Shown: piece after piece, positions 48,714 through 59,191 of the stretch
Layout: each line of letters opens with the position of its first letter
Position numbering within the stretch: position 1 is the first letter of the stretch
Origin: an uncultured bacterium
GTDB taxonomy: Bacteria > Chloroflexota > UBA5177 > JANWHV01
Direction: 5' to 3'
Length of the DNA: 64,000 nucleotides
Assembly: GCA_963729625.1 (NCBI GenBank)
Contig: CAVSOU010000010.1
Location: forward strand, 992,001-1,056,000
The notes under the pieces: generated by a model
Database searches by the model: none
What the model was told of the DNA's origin: nothing
What the model saw: the letters and a program-made list of their open reading frames with translations, nothing else
Made by a program: the position numbers and the translations under genes

Positions 48714-48780
48714 TTGACATGCGTCTAACGCCGTGCTACCATACGGCCGTTATCGGGGTAAGTATTCTTGTAATTACAGG
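48714..48780 (+). promoter_or_regulatory. Sigma70 promoter and operator 6 (dehydrogenase operon)
   Basis: TTGACA 48714-48719, 17 bp, TGc-TACCAT 48737-48742; CTTGTAATTACAGG 48767-48780. Confidence 0.78.
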
Positions 48781-48889
48781 GTGCTTGAATGGCGGGACGC
48801 TACTGTTAGAATCCCGCTGGCTCACATGAAGGTCGAAAGTCAACGGCTACGCGCAATCTCGTTGCGCGCGGCCAGGAGAAAGAGCAGGC

Positions 48890-49924
48890 ATGAAGTTACT
48901 CAGAATCGCCATGGTCGGTGCGGGGCGCGCAGGCACCGTGCACGCGGAGAACCTTGTTGAGAGCACGCCACGTGCCGTCGTGGTTGCCGTGGTCGATGAG
49001 AATCGAGCCGCCGCGGACAAGATGGCATCGCAAACGGGTACTGACTCAATACACGCGTCACTGGCAGATGCGCTGGAGCGGACCGAGTTCGACGCTGTGG
49101 TCATTACAGCACCGACGTTCGTCCACCGAAGCCTCGTCGAACAAGCCGCGGCGGCAGGAAAGCACATATTCTGTGAGAAACCGATGGCGCTGAACGTTGC
49201 GGATTGTGACGCGATGATCGATGCGGCTAACCGAGCCAACGTTGTGCTTCAGATCGGATTCATGCGCCGATTCCAACCTGAATTCGTCGATGCCAAGCGA
49301 CGGATTGACGAGGGCGCGATCGGCGAGCCCATGCTTGTCAAGTCATTGACCCGTGGGCCCGGTCTCCCGCCGGCCTGGGCGCGGGATCTGCGGACATCGA
49401 ACGGCATGCTGGCGGAAGTCAATAGCCACGATTTCGACTGCGTTCGGTGGCTGGTCGGCTCGCCCATCGAGCGCGTCTATACAGAAGTGACAAACCGCAA
49501 GGGCCCTGAACGGGGCGTCGACGACCCGAGCTTCTATGACAATGCGGTGGTTACCCTGCGCTTTGCCAACGGCGCGATCGGCACAATCGACGGCACGTGC
49601 CCGGCGGACTACGGCTACGATGCACGCGTCGAGGTGCTTGGTTCGAAGGGACTGCTCATTATCGGGTCGGTCCAGGAGAGAGCAGTTCTCGAGATACGGG
49701 ACCGTGAAATCGGCGGGGTTACGCCCACCTATCGCACCTGGCCGGAACGTTTTCGCGAGGGCTACCGGGCCGAGATGCGCGCCTTCGTGTCCGCCGCGCT
49801 TGACGGGATTCCTCCACTGGTTAGCGGTGACGATGGGCGACATGCCGTCCGTGCCGTGGTGGCCGCAAACCAGTCGTGGCAGGAGCAGAGACCGATTACT
49901 CTGACACAGGAGGCGGGCTCGTGA
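48890..49924 (+). CDS. Gfo/Idh/MocA oxidoreductase (inositol-dehydrogenase-like)
   Basis: GAGRAG..H, GKHIFCEKP, GFMRRF, HDFD, YGYDARVEV.G. Confidence 0.9.
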   Translation: MKLLRIAMVGAGRAGTVHAENLVESTPRAVVVAVVDENRAAADKMASQTGTDSIHASLADALERTEFDAVVITAPTFVHRSLVEQAAAAGKHIFCEKPMALNVADCDAMIDAANRANVVLQIGFMRRFQPEFVDAKRRIDEGAIGEPMLVKSLTRGPGLPPAWARDLRTSNGMLAEVNSHDFDCVRWLVGSPIERVYTEVTNRKGPERGVDDPSFYDNAVVTLRFANGAIGTIDGTCPADYGYDARVEVLGSKGLLIIGSVQERAVLEIRDREIGGVTPTYRTWPERFREGYRAEMRAFVSAALDGIPPLVSGDDGRHAVRAVVAANQSWQEQRPITLTQEAGS

Positions 49925-50970
49925 AAGCGGTCGTCTATCACGGGCCTGGCGATTTGCGCTTGGAGGAGCGGCCCCGGCCCGATCCAGGACCAGGGGAGGC
50001 GTTATTGCAGATCAAGGCGTGCGGCATCTGTGGCACTGACTTGCGTATCGCTGCCGGCGTGCATAGGGCGTATCCTGCAGGTGTAATGCGGGTGCCCGGC
50101 CACGAGATTGCCGGAGTCGTGGCAGCGCGAGGCGCGGGTGTGAATCTGACCGAAGGAGTGCCGGTCTTTGTCGCGCCGAATGTCGGGTGCGGGCGCTGCG
50201 CATCATGTCGAGCCGGTCGGGTCAATCTGTGCTCGACGCCGGCGGCGCTTGGCATCACCCTGGACGGCGGGTTCGCGGAATACGTCCTGCTTCGCGCCGA
50301 CTTGATTGCACAGGGTAATCTCCTGGCAGCGCCGGACACGCGAGATTTTGGCGCTCTCGCCCTCGTGGAGCCGCTCGCGTGCGTGCTGCGCGGATCGCGC
50401 GCGTGCGAAATCGCCGCGGGTCAGCTCGTGCTCATAAGTGGCGCCGGACCGATCGGGCTGCTCCATTTGCGCGTGGCGAAGTTGCGCGCCCCACGCGCCG
50501 TCGTGGTGAGCGAGCCGAACGCGCGGCGACGGACGGAGGCCACGAGGTGGGGAGCCGACTATGTCGTAGACCCCACAACCGGGGACCTGCCTGGGCTCAT
50601 CGCCGATATCTCCAATGGCGCTGGAGCAGATGCCATCGTCGTCGCGGTGCCTGCGCCGGAGGCCCAGAAAGCAGCGATCGAGCTTGCCGCCGTAGGAGGC
50701 CATGTCAACTTCTTCGGTGGGCTGCCGCGGGATCGCTCGCAGGTTACAATCGATGCGAATCTCATTCACTACAGGGAGCTAACCGTTACCGGCACGACGG
50801 CAAACACTACGCAAGACTGCGTCGAGGCTCTGGAGCTTGTTGCGACGGGGCAGATCGATCTGGAGCCGCTGATCAGCGCTCGCTACCCGTTGTCAGATTT
50901 TCAAGATGCGCTCGAAGCAGCCGGGTCCGGTCGCAGCCTGAAGGTCGTGTTCGAGCCGGAGCGTGCATGA
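49921..50970 (+). CDS. Zinc-dependent sugar-alcohol/threonine-dehydrogenase-like MDR
   Basis: GTGA overlap; GICGTD, GHE, CGRCASC...NLC, DGGFAEY, EPLAC, GAGPIG. Confidence 0.9.
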   Translation: MKAVVYHGPGDLRLEERPRPDPGPGEALLQIKACGICGTDLRIAAGVHRAYPAGVMRVPGHEIAGVVAARGAGVNLTEGVPVFVAPNVGCGRCASCRAGRVNLCSTPAALGITLDGGFAEYVLLRADLIAQGNLLAAPDTRDFGALALVEPLACVLRGSRACEIAAGQLVLISGAGPIGLLHLRVAKLRAPRAVVVSEPNARRRTEATRWGADYVVDPTTGDLPGLIADISNGAGADAIVVAVPAPEAQKAAIELAAVGGHVNFFGGLPRDRSQVTIDANLIHYRELTVTGTTANTTQDCVEALELVATGQIDLEPLISARYPLSDFQDALEAAGSGRSLKVVFEPERA

Positions 50971-51956
50971 TGAGCGATACGTCAAACCAGCCGCTTAAGC
51001 GGTGCGTGGTGTTGGTGACGCCGCGGTCCTTTGGCGCGGACGACCCAGGGCTGCGCCGGGCGCTGGAGGAAGCGGTTGGGGAAGTTCGTTACAACGGCCG
51101 TGGCCGGCCTCTGAAGTCGGCCGAGCTGCAGGTCGAGATACCTGAAGTCGATGGTTTGCTGGCTGGCCTTGACGAGATCGATGCCGCGGTGCTCGCTGCC
51201 GCGCCAAGATTGCGAGTCATTGCCCGGTACGGCACGGGGACAAGCAATGTAGACCTCCGATCAGCTAAAGAACATGGTGTGACGGTGACGAATACGCCGG
51301 ACGCCAACACCGAAGCGGTTGCTGAGCTGACGATCGGCCTGATATTCGACCTCGCACGCTCGATTAGCAGGGCCGATCGGGCTGCCCGATCGGGCACGTG
51401 GAAGGGTATGCGGGGAATCGAGCTGACCGGCAAGACCCTGGGCATCGTAGGGCTCGGCCGGATCGGACGATCCGTAGCTCGGAGAGCGGTGGCCCTTGGT
51501 TGCACGGTCATGGCGTACGACCCAAATCCCGATCTGTCGTTCCCCGGCGCTGACGACATTCACCTGGCGTCGCTCCATGATGTCCTCGCCGAAGCCCACA
51601 TACTGAGCCTGCATGCGCCACTCACCGATCGCACCAGGGGAATGGTGAACCGCGACCTGCTGGCGATGATGCGCGACGACGCGATTCTGGTGAACACGTC
51701 GCGCGGCGAGTTGATCGTCGAACACGACCTCGTGCAGGCGCTTGACGCGGGGCGACTGCGTGGCGCGGCGCTCGATGCGTGGTCTGAAGAACCTCCTCGT
51801 CCCGACAACCCTTTGTTGCACCGTGAGGACGTCGTGGTGACACCGCATATGGGCGCCCACACGGCCGAGGCCGCGTCGGCCATGGGGCGTTGCTCGCTGC
51901 ATGACCTGCTTGCCGTTCTCGCGGGCGAGCCGCCGCTTCATCCGGTTGTCCCGTGA
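50967..51956 (+). CDS. D-isomer-specific 2-hydroxyacid dehydrogenase (phosphoglycerate-dehydrogenase-like, no ACT domain)
   Basis: ATGA overlap; VIARYGTG..NVD, VTNTP, GLGRIG, SLHAP, NTSRG, AALD...EP, TPHMGA. Confidence 0.9.
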   Translation: MMSDTSNQPLKRCVVLVTPRSFGADDPGLRRALEEAVGEVRYNGRGRPLKSAELQVEIPEVDGLLAGLDEIDAAVLAAAPRLRVIARYGTGTSNVDLRSAKEHGVTVTNTPDANTEAVAELTIGLIFDLARSISRADRAARSGTWKGMRGIELTGKTLGIVGLGRIGRSVARRAVALGCTVMAYDPNPDLSFPGADDIHLASLHDVLAEAHILSLHAPLTDRTRGMVNRDLLAMMRDDAILVNTSRGELIVEHDLVQALDAGRLRGAALDAWSEEPPRPDNPLLHREDVVVTPHMGAHTAEAASAMGRCSLHDLLAVLAGEPPLHPVVP

Positions 51957-51998
51957 ATGTGGATGCAGAGCATGCCATCTTTTGAGAGGAACTCCACT

Positions 51999-52970
51999 AT
52001 GAACCGGCAATTCACTTTTATCGGCGTCACTACCACGAAATCTTCGATCATGCAGATCTTCCCCCGCTGGAGGGACTTATTGGGGCTGGGCGCGGACGTC
52101 GGGATAGTCGGTTGGGACCTGCCAATTCACGCCGACGCCGAGCTGTACAGAGCTACGGTACGGCGGCTAAAGGATGACCCACGTAATCTCGGCGCGCTGG
52201 TGACAACGCACAAGCTCGACCTGTATCAGGCGAGCCGCGATCTTCTCGACGATGTAGACCACTACGCGCGTCTGTGCAACGAGGTGTCGTGCTTGGCCAA
52301 ACGAGAAGGGCGCTTGCTTGGTTGGGCCAAAGACCCCATATCTTCCGGTCGCTCGCTCGAAGACATCCTTGGCAGTGGCTACTTTGGCAGGACGGGGGGG
52401 CATGTTCTCTGCTTCGGCGCCGGGGGCTCGGGGGTCGCGATCACGCTGCATCTGATGTCGCGCCCCAACGCGGCGGATCGACCGGCGCATATTGTCGTCA
52501 CGAACAGAAGTCTGGGCCGGCTAACCGCCTTGCAGGTACTGCATCAGCAGATCAATTCCGACGTCTCGGTAGAGTACGTGCAGAGCGCCGATCCATCGAC
52601 CAACGATCGGCTGGTCACGGCACTGCCCCCAGGGTCGCTTGTGATTAACGCGACTGGAATGGGCAAGGACACGCCCGGCTCACCCGTGACGGACGACGTG
52701 CGGTTCCCGGAGCATGGCATCGCCTGGGAGCTGAACTATCGTGGAGAGCTGCCATTTCTGTTTCAGGCGTGGGCCCAGCGACAAACGCGTGACGTGCGTG
52801 TCGAGGACGGCTGGCAGTATTTTATCTACGGGTGGACCTGCGTCATGGAGGAGGTGTTCGAGCGCAAGTTTGGCGCCGAGGACCTGCGTGAGCTTGCGCG
52901 AGCCGCGTCATTCGCGCGACCCGAGCTGCCCACAAACGTTCCAGGCGCCACTCAGGTGTCAACGAATTGA
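51999..52970 (+). CDS. Shikimate-dehydrogenase-like oxidoreductase (atypical subfamily)
   Basis: FIGVTT..SSI..IFP.W, GALVTTHK, GAGGSG, TNRS, VINATGMGK, NYRG. Confidence 0.75.
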   Translation: MNRQFTFIGVTTTKSSIMQIFPRWRDLLGLGADVGIVGWDLPIHADAELYRATVRRLKDDPRNLGALVTTHKLDLYQASRDLLDDVDHYARLCNEVSCLAKREGRLLGWAKDPISSGRSLEDILGSGYFGRTGGHVLCFGAGGSGVAITLHLMSRPNAADRPAHIVVTNRSLGRLTALQVLHQQINSDVSVEYVQSADPSTNDRLVTALPPGSLVINATGMGKDTPGSPVTDDVRFPEHGIAWELNYRGELPFLFQAWAQRQTRDVRVEDGWQYFIYGWTCVMEEVFERKFGAEDLRELARAASFARPELPTNVPGATQVSTN

Positions 52971-53031
52971 CGTTCGGCCAGGAAGCCCATATAATCTTCC
53001 TACACAGGCTCTGCACTCTTGTCATTACAGG
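52967..53031 (+). promoter_or_regulatory. Sigma70 promoter and operator 7 (GntR regulator, autoregulation)
   Basis: TTGACG 52967-52972, 17 bp, TATAAT 52990-52995; CTTGTCATTACAGG 53018-53031. Confidence 0.82.
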
Positions 53032-53048
53032 TTGCGAGGATTGAGCGG

Positions 53049-53849
53049 ATGGCGGTGGACGTGTCAATCCGGCGAGATGTCCCAATACCGTACTACTATC
53101 AGCTGATTCAGGTGCTCCAGGGCGAAATCCAGGCGGGATCGTGGCCGGTGAATGCCGCCATCCCATCCGAGCACGAGCTATGCCGGATGTTTAGCGTGAG
53201 CCGGACCGTTGTCAGGCAAGCGCTCGGCGAACTCGTTACCAAGGGGTTGCTGTACCGCGTGAAGGGCAAGGGCACCTTCGTTGCACCTGCCAAATTGAAC
53301 GAAGCCTTCATACAGCGTTCGGACGGTTTCTACCGCGAGATGACGAGCCGCGGATTCTCAGTACGGTCATCGGTCCTGGAGCAGCGTGTTGTAGAGCCGC
53401 CGCCAAACGTCCAGGATTACCTCCGGCTCGCTGGGACCAGTCCTACGATCAAGATCGAGCGCCTGCGTTTCGTGGACGAGGAGCCGATGCAGATCGCGAC
53501 GACATACATTCCCTACGACCTGTGTCCGGATCTCGTCGCGGCCGACCTGACGACCGGCTCGCTGTACGAGCTGCTGCGCACGCGCTACGGGCTAGCCGTC
53601 GCGTCAGGCAGGCGCGTGCTGGAGGCAGTCCCGGCGCAGCGACCGATCAGCACGTTGCTCGGCGTCAGCAAGGGCGCGCCGCTATTCAAGATGGAGAGCA
53701 TCAGCTACCTGCGAGACGGTGAGCCGCTTGAGTACTATGTCGCGTGGCATCGTGGTGATCGCAGCAAGTTCGAGATTGAGATGATCGTCGGCGCGGATGC
53801 TTCAAGAGCACCATTGGCGGCACGTGCCATTCTGACCAAGCCTGATTGA
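53049..53849 (+). CDS. GntR-family transcriptional regulator, HutC/UTRA subfamily
   Basis: PYYYQL, IPSEHEL...FSVSRTVVRQAL, GKGTFV; UTRA region ERLRF.D.EP, SLYELL, RGDR. Confidence 0.93.
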   Translation: MAVDVSIRRDVPIPYYYQLIQVLQGEIQAGSWPVNAAIPSEHELCRMFSVSRTVVRQALGELVTKGLLYRVKGKGTFVAPAKLNEAFIQRSDGFYREMTSRGFSVRSSVLEQRVVEPPPNVQDYLRLAGTSPTIKIERLRFVDEEPMQIATTYIPYDLCPDLVAADLTTGSLYELLRTRYGLAVASGRRVLEAVPAQRPISTLLGVSKGAPLFKMESISYLRDGEPLEYYVAWHRGDRSKFEIEMIVGADASRAPLAARAILTKPD

Positions 53850-53877
53850 CGTAGCCAACGATGTTGAGGATCGTTCG

Positions 53878-54468
53878 ATGACTGATCGCCCCTACAGCTT
53901 CGGCGTCTCGCTCCCGGGTGGCCGGCCCAGCCGGAATTCACGTCATATCGAGCGCCGCCTCTCCTCGATGCGCGGACAATACGAAGACCACGAGGCCTAC
54001 GCGTCGATGCTGCGAGCAGACGACTGTTTACTGTATGAAGTGTATGAGCTCGAGCGACCGGCCGAACTCGGGGAAGTCTTGCACGGCGTCTCGATCGTGC
54101 ATCCGGGCAGGGTCGGCGAAGAATACTTCATGACGAAGGGCCACTTCCACGCGGTACTCGAAACGGCGGAAGTGTACCACTGCATTAGCGGAGGCGGTGC
54201 CATGGTGATGGAGACACCGGAAGGGGACTGGGCAGTCGAGCCGATGAGTGCAGGCACAATCCTCTACGTTCCACCCCGCTGGGCCCACCGTTCCGTAAAC
54301 ACCAGCCCCGACACCGATCTGATAACGGTGTTCGCCTACCCGGGCAACGCCGGCCATGACTATGGCAGCATTGAGCGGCAGGGGTTCCGCAAACTCGTTG
54401 TTGCGCGTGATGGCCAGCCGGTCACTATTGATAATCCCCGATGGATAGCGCCGGCGGGACGATCGTAA
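53878..54468 (+). CDS. Cupin (archaeal-type) glucose-6-phosphate isomerase family protein
   Basis: LYEVYE, PG.VG.EYFMTKGHFH, AEVY, YVPP.WAHRSVN, AGHDY. Confidence 0.9.
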   Translation: MTDRPYSFGVSLPGGRPSRNSRHIERRLSSMRGQYEDHEAYASMLRADDCLLYEVYELERPAELGEVLHGVSIVHPGRVGEEYFMTKGHFHAVLETAEVYHCISGGGAMVMETPEGDWAVEPMSAGTILYVPPRWAHRSVNTSPDTDLITVFAYPGNAGHDYGSIERQGFRKLVVARDGQPVTIDNPRWIAPAGRS

Positions 54469-54830
54469 GCGCCCCGATTGTCCAAAGATCGAAACGGGCA
54501 ACGGCCGCGCGGGCTTGGTCCCGTCTCTGAGCGGGATTGCCCTGACTACCGCATCTGGCTCGATGCGGGCCGTTGTTTAGGCGAACCAGGCGACAACCGA
54601 TCTCAGGGGCCACGCGTCAGCGCATTGGCAGCGGCCCCTGCGCGGGCGTATCATCACGGCGTCGCCTTAGTGTCCATCGTGGACCGTTCCAGGATTGGTA
54701 GCCCTCCGCGCACAGCTGGCAGGCACACAACCCTGCCGCTGGGCTTTTCTGTGCCTGCGCCAGTCGTCGCACGCTGGAGCGCCGTGCGAATGGGAGTGCG
54801 GGTGCCCTACTTTCAGGGATTGGCATTGAA

Positions 54831-56072
54831 GTGCTGACGATCAGATACGTTTCAAGGCTGCGCAATGGCGGTGCGGTTCCTCAGGTCCTGCTCTCACAGG
54901 TGTTTATAAACATCGGCCTCGGCACCTTCGGTGTCCTGTACAATCTCTACCTCACCGCGGTTGGTCAATCGCTGGCCTTTATTGGCACATTCAATGCCCT
55001 GAGCCTTCTGGCCCTGGGGGCGAGCGCCATTCCCATCGGCGCCGCGACACGTGCCGTAGGCCACCGACGCACGCTCAGCGCCGGCGCTGTGCTGCTGGTC
55101 GTGGTCCAGCTGGTGTTGGCGACCAGCACCGCGCCTACGCCCTTGCTGCTCGCTGGGGTAATGTGGGGGATTGCCCAGGCCTTGAGTACCGTGCCGGTGG
55201 CGCCGCTGATCAGTGAAAGTGTTCCGGGTACACAGCGCGTTATCGCGTTCGGCAGGCTGTACGCCGCATGGTCGCTTGCCGCCGTGGTGGGAAGCGTATT
55301 GGGCGGTATTCTTCCGGGAGCTCTTGCCGCTGTGCTGTCGCTGGGGCCGTCGAACGGGACCGCCGCATATCGCGGCGCTTTGCTGATCACGACGGTCATC
55401 ACGTTGCTGGGCTGGCCGCTCCTGCTGGTGCCGATGGCGACTCCAGTACAGCGCACCAGCCAGGTCCAGGTAGACGAGTCCATGGGCGCAGCCTGGGCTC
55501 TCCGCTCAGTAGGGCGCACGGCCGGAGCCGTGGCAGTCACAATGGCCCTATACAGCTTTGCATGTGGTTTGGTGGCTCCGTTCATGAATGTGTACTTCGC
55601 GGAGCGGCTGCACGAACCAACCGCACTTATTGGCGTGCTATTCGCGGCAGCCTCGCTCCTGGGAGTGGTCGGCAGCCTGCTCGGTCCCCGGGTGAGTTGG
55701 CGCCTGGGAAACGTCCGAGGTGTGGCGGTGATGCGCCTCGCCATCGTCCCCTGCCTCCTCGCCCTCACCCTTGGCACACTGCTCCCGCTCCTGGCGATGG
55801 CAGGCTTCGTGCTGCGCTCCGGGCTCGTGTTCACCGCTGGCGCGCTCGACGCGCACTTCACGCTCGCCGCGGTCCCCGCCCGGCGTCGAGCTCTGCTCTC
55901 CGGCCTGCGCACGGGCACCTACAACCTCTTCTTCGCGCTCGGCACGTGGGGTGCTGGGCATCTGATCCCCGACCTCGGGTACCCCGTCCTGTTTATCTGG
56001 AGTGCCACTATCACCACCGTGGGCGGCCTGCTCTTCCTCGCAGTGTTTAGCCTGCCTCGTGTAGCACGCTGA
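54831..56072 (+). CDS. MFS transporter
   Basis: About 12 hydrophobic segments in two halves; YNLYL, G...R.VG.RR motif-A-like, PFMNVYF. Confidence 0.85.
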   Translation: MLTIRYVSRLRNGGAVPQVLLSQVFINIGLGTFGVLYNLYLTAVGQSLAFIGTFNALSLLALGASAIPIGAATRAVGHRRTLSAGAVLLVVVQLVLATSTAPTPLLLAGVMWGIAQALSTVPVAPLISESVPGTQRVIAFGRLYAAWSLAAVVGSVLGGILPGALAAVLSLGPSNGTAAYRGALLITTVITLLGWPLLLVPMATPVQRTSQVQVDESMGAAWALRSVGRTAGAVAVTMALYSFACGLVAPFMNVYFAERLHEPTALIGVLFAAASLLGVVGSLLGPRVSWRLGNVRGVAVMRLAIVPCLLALTLGTLLPLLAMAGFVLRSGLVFTAGALDAHFTLAAVPARRRALLSGLRTGTYNLFFALGTWGAGHLIPDLGYPVLFIWSATITTVGGLLFLAVFSLPRVAR

Positions 56073-56327
56073 CGCTCACACATGAGCAGCCCGAACGAGA
56101 CGACAAAGCCGTATGCAGTACATGGCGACGTACTCGACGATCGTGAACGCATCGATTGCCATCGGCCCTTGCTGGGCACGTTCCTGTTGAGTGTCTCCGG
56201 CCCTGCGCTTGCGTTTGCGGTGGCCGCGATCCTCATCTTTTTCCGGAGCATGTTGCTCCTGGTGTCCGAATCCGCCGGAGATGCGCGGCCAGCCGCATCG
56301 GCGCGATGCTGGCGCCGGGTTGATCAG

Positions 56328-58989
56328 TCAGGACGCCTTGAAGATCGTAATGCTGCCGGAATGGTCGGTCTCCGGAACGCCGCCGTTGACGACAACCACC
56401 AGTCCGAGTCGCTCATCGACGGCCACTGCAACGGGCTGAGTGCCGACGTGCACTGCGCGAACCACCCGGCCGGTAGAAGCGCTGAGAACGCTGACGGTGT
56501 CGCTGCCCTGATTCGCCACATAGACTCGGCCGCGCATGCTGTCGAGCGCGGCGGCGCTCGGCAATGTGCCCACTCTCACGACGCTCAGGAGTTTGCCGAG
56601 CGTGGCGTCCAGAACGGCGACCGTGCCATCAGCGGGATCCAGGACGAATGCATGTCTGCTGCGAAAGTCGACGAGGATCGATCGTGACGTGGAGCCAATG
56701 TGGGCCGGCGATCGAAGCCGGGCTCCCTCGATCAGCGCGACATCGCCACCGAGCGACACCAGCGCGCCGTCCCTATCCGCCGCCACCGCCCACGGCAGTG
56801 CATCACCCAAGTGGATAGACGCGAGGAGCTTCCCGCTGTGGCCGTCCAGCGTCAGCAAGCTGCTGGGACTCACTTGGTCCAGGACGTAGACGCGGCTACC
56901 GTCATCGCTCACGGAAACAGCATACGGATCGCCAGAGACTACGCAGCCGACAATCGCCAACGTGGCCGCGTCAAACGTACAGGTACGCCGGCCGGCGATC
57001 ACAATCAGCCGATTCGTGGGTGCATCGACAGCTAGCGCGTAGGGAGCGCCGCCGTTAGTCATGCCGCTAACCGATATGGCTTTCCCGGCAGACCGTCCGG
57101 TCCGACTATCGTACACACCGATTGTATTGCCGACCCCGTTGGCCACAAACAAACGATGAGTAGCTGCGTCGATCGCCATCATCCAGGGTGCGGCGCCGGT
57201 AGGCTGGTCGGAAGACAGGCGCCGGGTGGTGAGGTCGATAGCCTGCAGCCGATTCTGCCCTGAAATAGCAACGAAGGCAAGTCCTCTGGTAGAGTCCACG
57301 GCCAGAAGCCCGGCATTCCCGGACGGAGCGTGCGTGCCGGCAAGCGGAGCGTGGGCGAGCTGCACGAAGCAAGTGGATGCGCATGCGGCCGGGACAGCGG
57401 TTCTGGTCGCCGTGGCGGTCGGCCGGCGCGTTGCCGTCGCCGTGGCGGTCGGCCGGCGCGTTGCCGTCACCGTGGCGGTCGGTCGGCGCGTTACCGTCGC
57501 CGTGGCGGTCGGCCGGCGCGTTATCCGTCGCCGTGGCGGTCGGACGGCGCGTTGCTGTCACCGTGGCGGTCGGCCTCATTGTCGGGGTCGCCGTGAGCGT
57601 TGGGGTGCTTCTCGCCGTGGGGGTGCGGGCAACGATGGCGGGCGTACGCGACCCAGCTCCGCCTGTGGCCGGTACCGCCAGCGCGCGCATGATGTAGATA
57701 CGGACACCGCCGACGCGGGCACTGCGCGACCCTAAAGCGGTGATGCTGTTCCATCCTAAAGGCGCGGACCTGGGTACCTGGAATGTGAGGGCTGCGAATC
57801 GGCCGCTGGAGTCGACAGTGGCTGCTTGCACAAATGCGCCATCGAAACGGACTATCACAATTTCCTTTGCGGCAAAATGAGTCCCGCTGACCGCGATCCG
57901 ACCACCGCGCCGGGCACTTGCAGGATGCACAGATAGTGCGGGATTCACCACAGCGGTGAGCAGGAGGGTCGCTACGGCTGATCGACGACTGTGGCTTCCA
58001 GTTGCCGTCACCCTGTGACGCCCTACCCCGAAGTCGGCGCGGATGCTCATCGAGAACCTACCGGCCTCGTCGCTCGTCACACCGGCGACCGGCATGCGGT
58101 CGACGGTGATCACGACGCGCTCCCTAGCGGCAAACCCGGCGCCCGCCAAGGTGGTATGGCCACCCACTTCTAGCGAACCGGGATTCAGCGCCACGTGAGC
58201 CGGCAAACCGACGATGGTCAGAACAGCAGCTGCCGTGTTGCCGCTTACACTCCCGGTTGCCGATACCTCGTGCAATCCCGGCTGTAGCCCAGCCGGCGCG
58301 CGCACCGCAGCCGTCTCGAAACTTCCGGACATGTCGGCGATCGCAGTACTGACGACGACGCCATCGAGCGCGACGGTAAGGGTCTCTCGTGGCATGAAGC
58401 CGCTACCCGAGGCGACAAAGGTCGAGCCAGGCGTGCAGCTTGGGGGACTGACGTCAAGCACCACGGCAGGAGCCGCTCGCAAAACCACGAGCGCTGCACC
58501 CGTAGCAGTCCGGCCACTTGACATGCCGATCAGCCTGATCGAGTACGTGCCGGGAGCCGCTCCTGCCGGCACCCTGAAGGCGTAGCCATCGAGCCTGCCG
58601 GCCGCATCCGCCAGGCCATAGCCGGTGAATCGATCCGAAAAGCTCAGCAGGAGTCGCTCGCCCGGGCTAAATCCGCTCCCTGTTACCACCAGCACGTCGC
58701 CCGCACGCACGACGGGCGGGGTCAATGTCACGGTCGTGACGTATGGTGCTACCGGCGTCGCGGTTGGCGCCGGCGTGATCGTAGGGCTAATCGTCACCGT
58801 ATTCTCACTCAATGGCATGTAGGGATCCTGGCGAGTAGGCGATTGCGCTCCCACCAAAACCGTGGCAGGCTGTGCACGTACGCTCGAAGACGTCGCAAAC
58901 GGCAGGGGACCGATAGTGGTTATGGCAATAGACCATGCAACTGCAATGGCAACGGTACGTGTGAGCAGGGATCGTGCTCGAATCGCCAT
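56328..58989 (-). CDS. Secreted protein: 4 Ig-like repeats, Thr-rich repeat linker and YVTN/YncE beta-propeller; split by a +1 frameshift at ~57524
   Basis: Signal peptide MAIRARSLL...; four GxGF..E repeats; the TATATRRP repeat changes frame at one unit carrying an extra T; the downstream frame (56328-57470) has RLFVAN, RVYVANQGSDTVSV and VG..P blades. Confidence 0.8.
57406..57575. repeat. 30-bp tandem repeat, ~5.7 copies (encodes TATATRRPTA)
   Basis: Unit GTCGCCGTGGCGGTCGGCCGGCGCGTTGCC; one unit is 31 bp (gttatccgtc versus gttaccgtc). Confidence 0.9.
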
Positions 58990-59191
58990 GTTACCGCGCA
59001 CCTTTGGTGTTCTCTGATCCATGAACATACCGGTCAAGACTCTCCAGGCCAGCACGCCAACCGCATCATACCTCCACGTCGGCAGTGCCTGCCATAGTCA
59101 TTCAAGTGTCAGGCGGTGGCGCGAGCGGGAAGTAGGCCCTCGTATGATGTTACGCGCCGGCACATGCCGGCAACGTGTTTGAGGTGCGCAC

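Noticed and set aside
50379-50966. N-terminal extension of the 525-aa ORF 50379-51956
   Set aside because: It overlaps the MDR gene in another frame; the real start is the ATGA overlap at 50967.
57406-57575. 30-bp repeats here and at 62641-62820 as a CRISPR array
   Set aside because: The units are head-to-tail with no unique spacers, are multiples of 3 encoding Thr/Pro linkers, and no cas genes are present.
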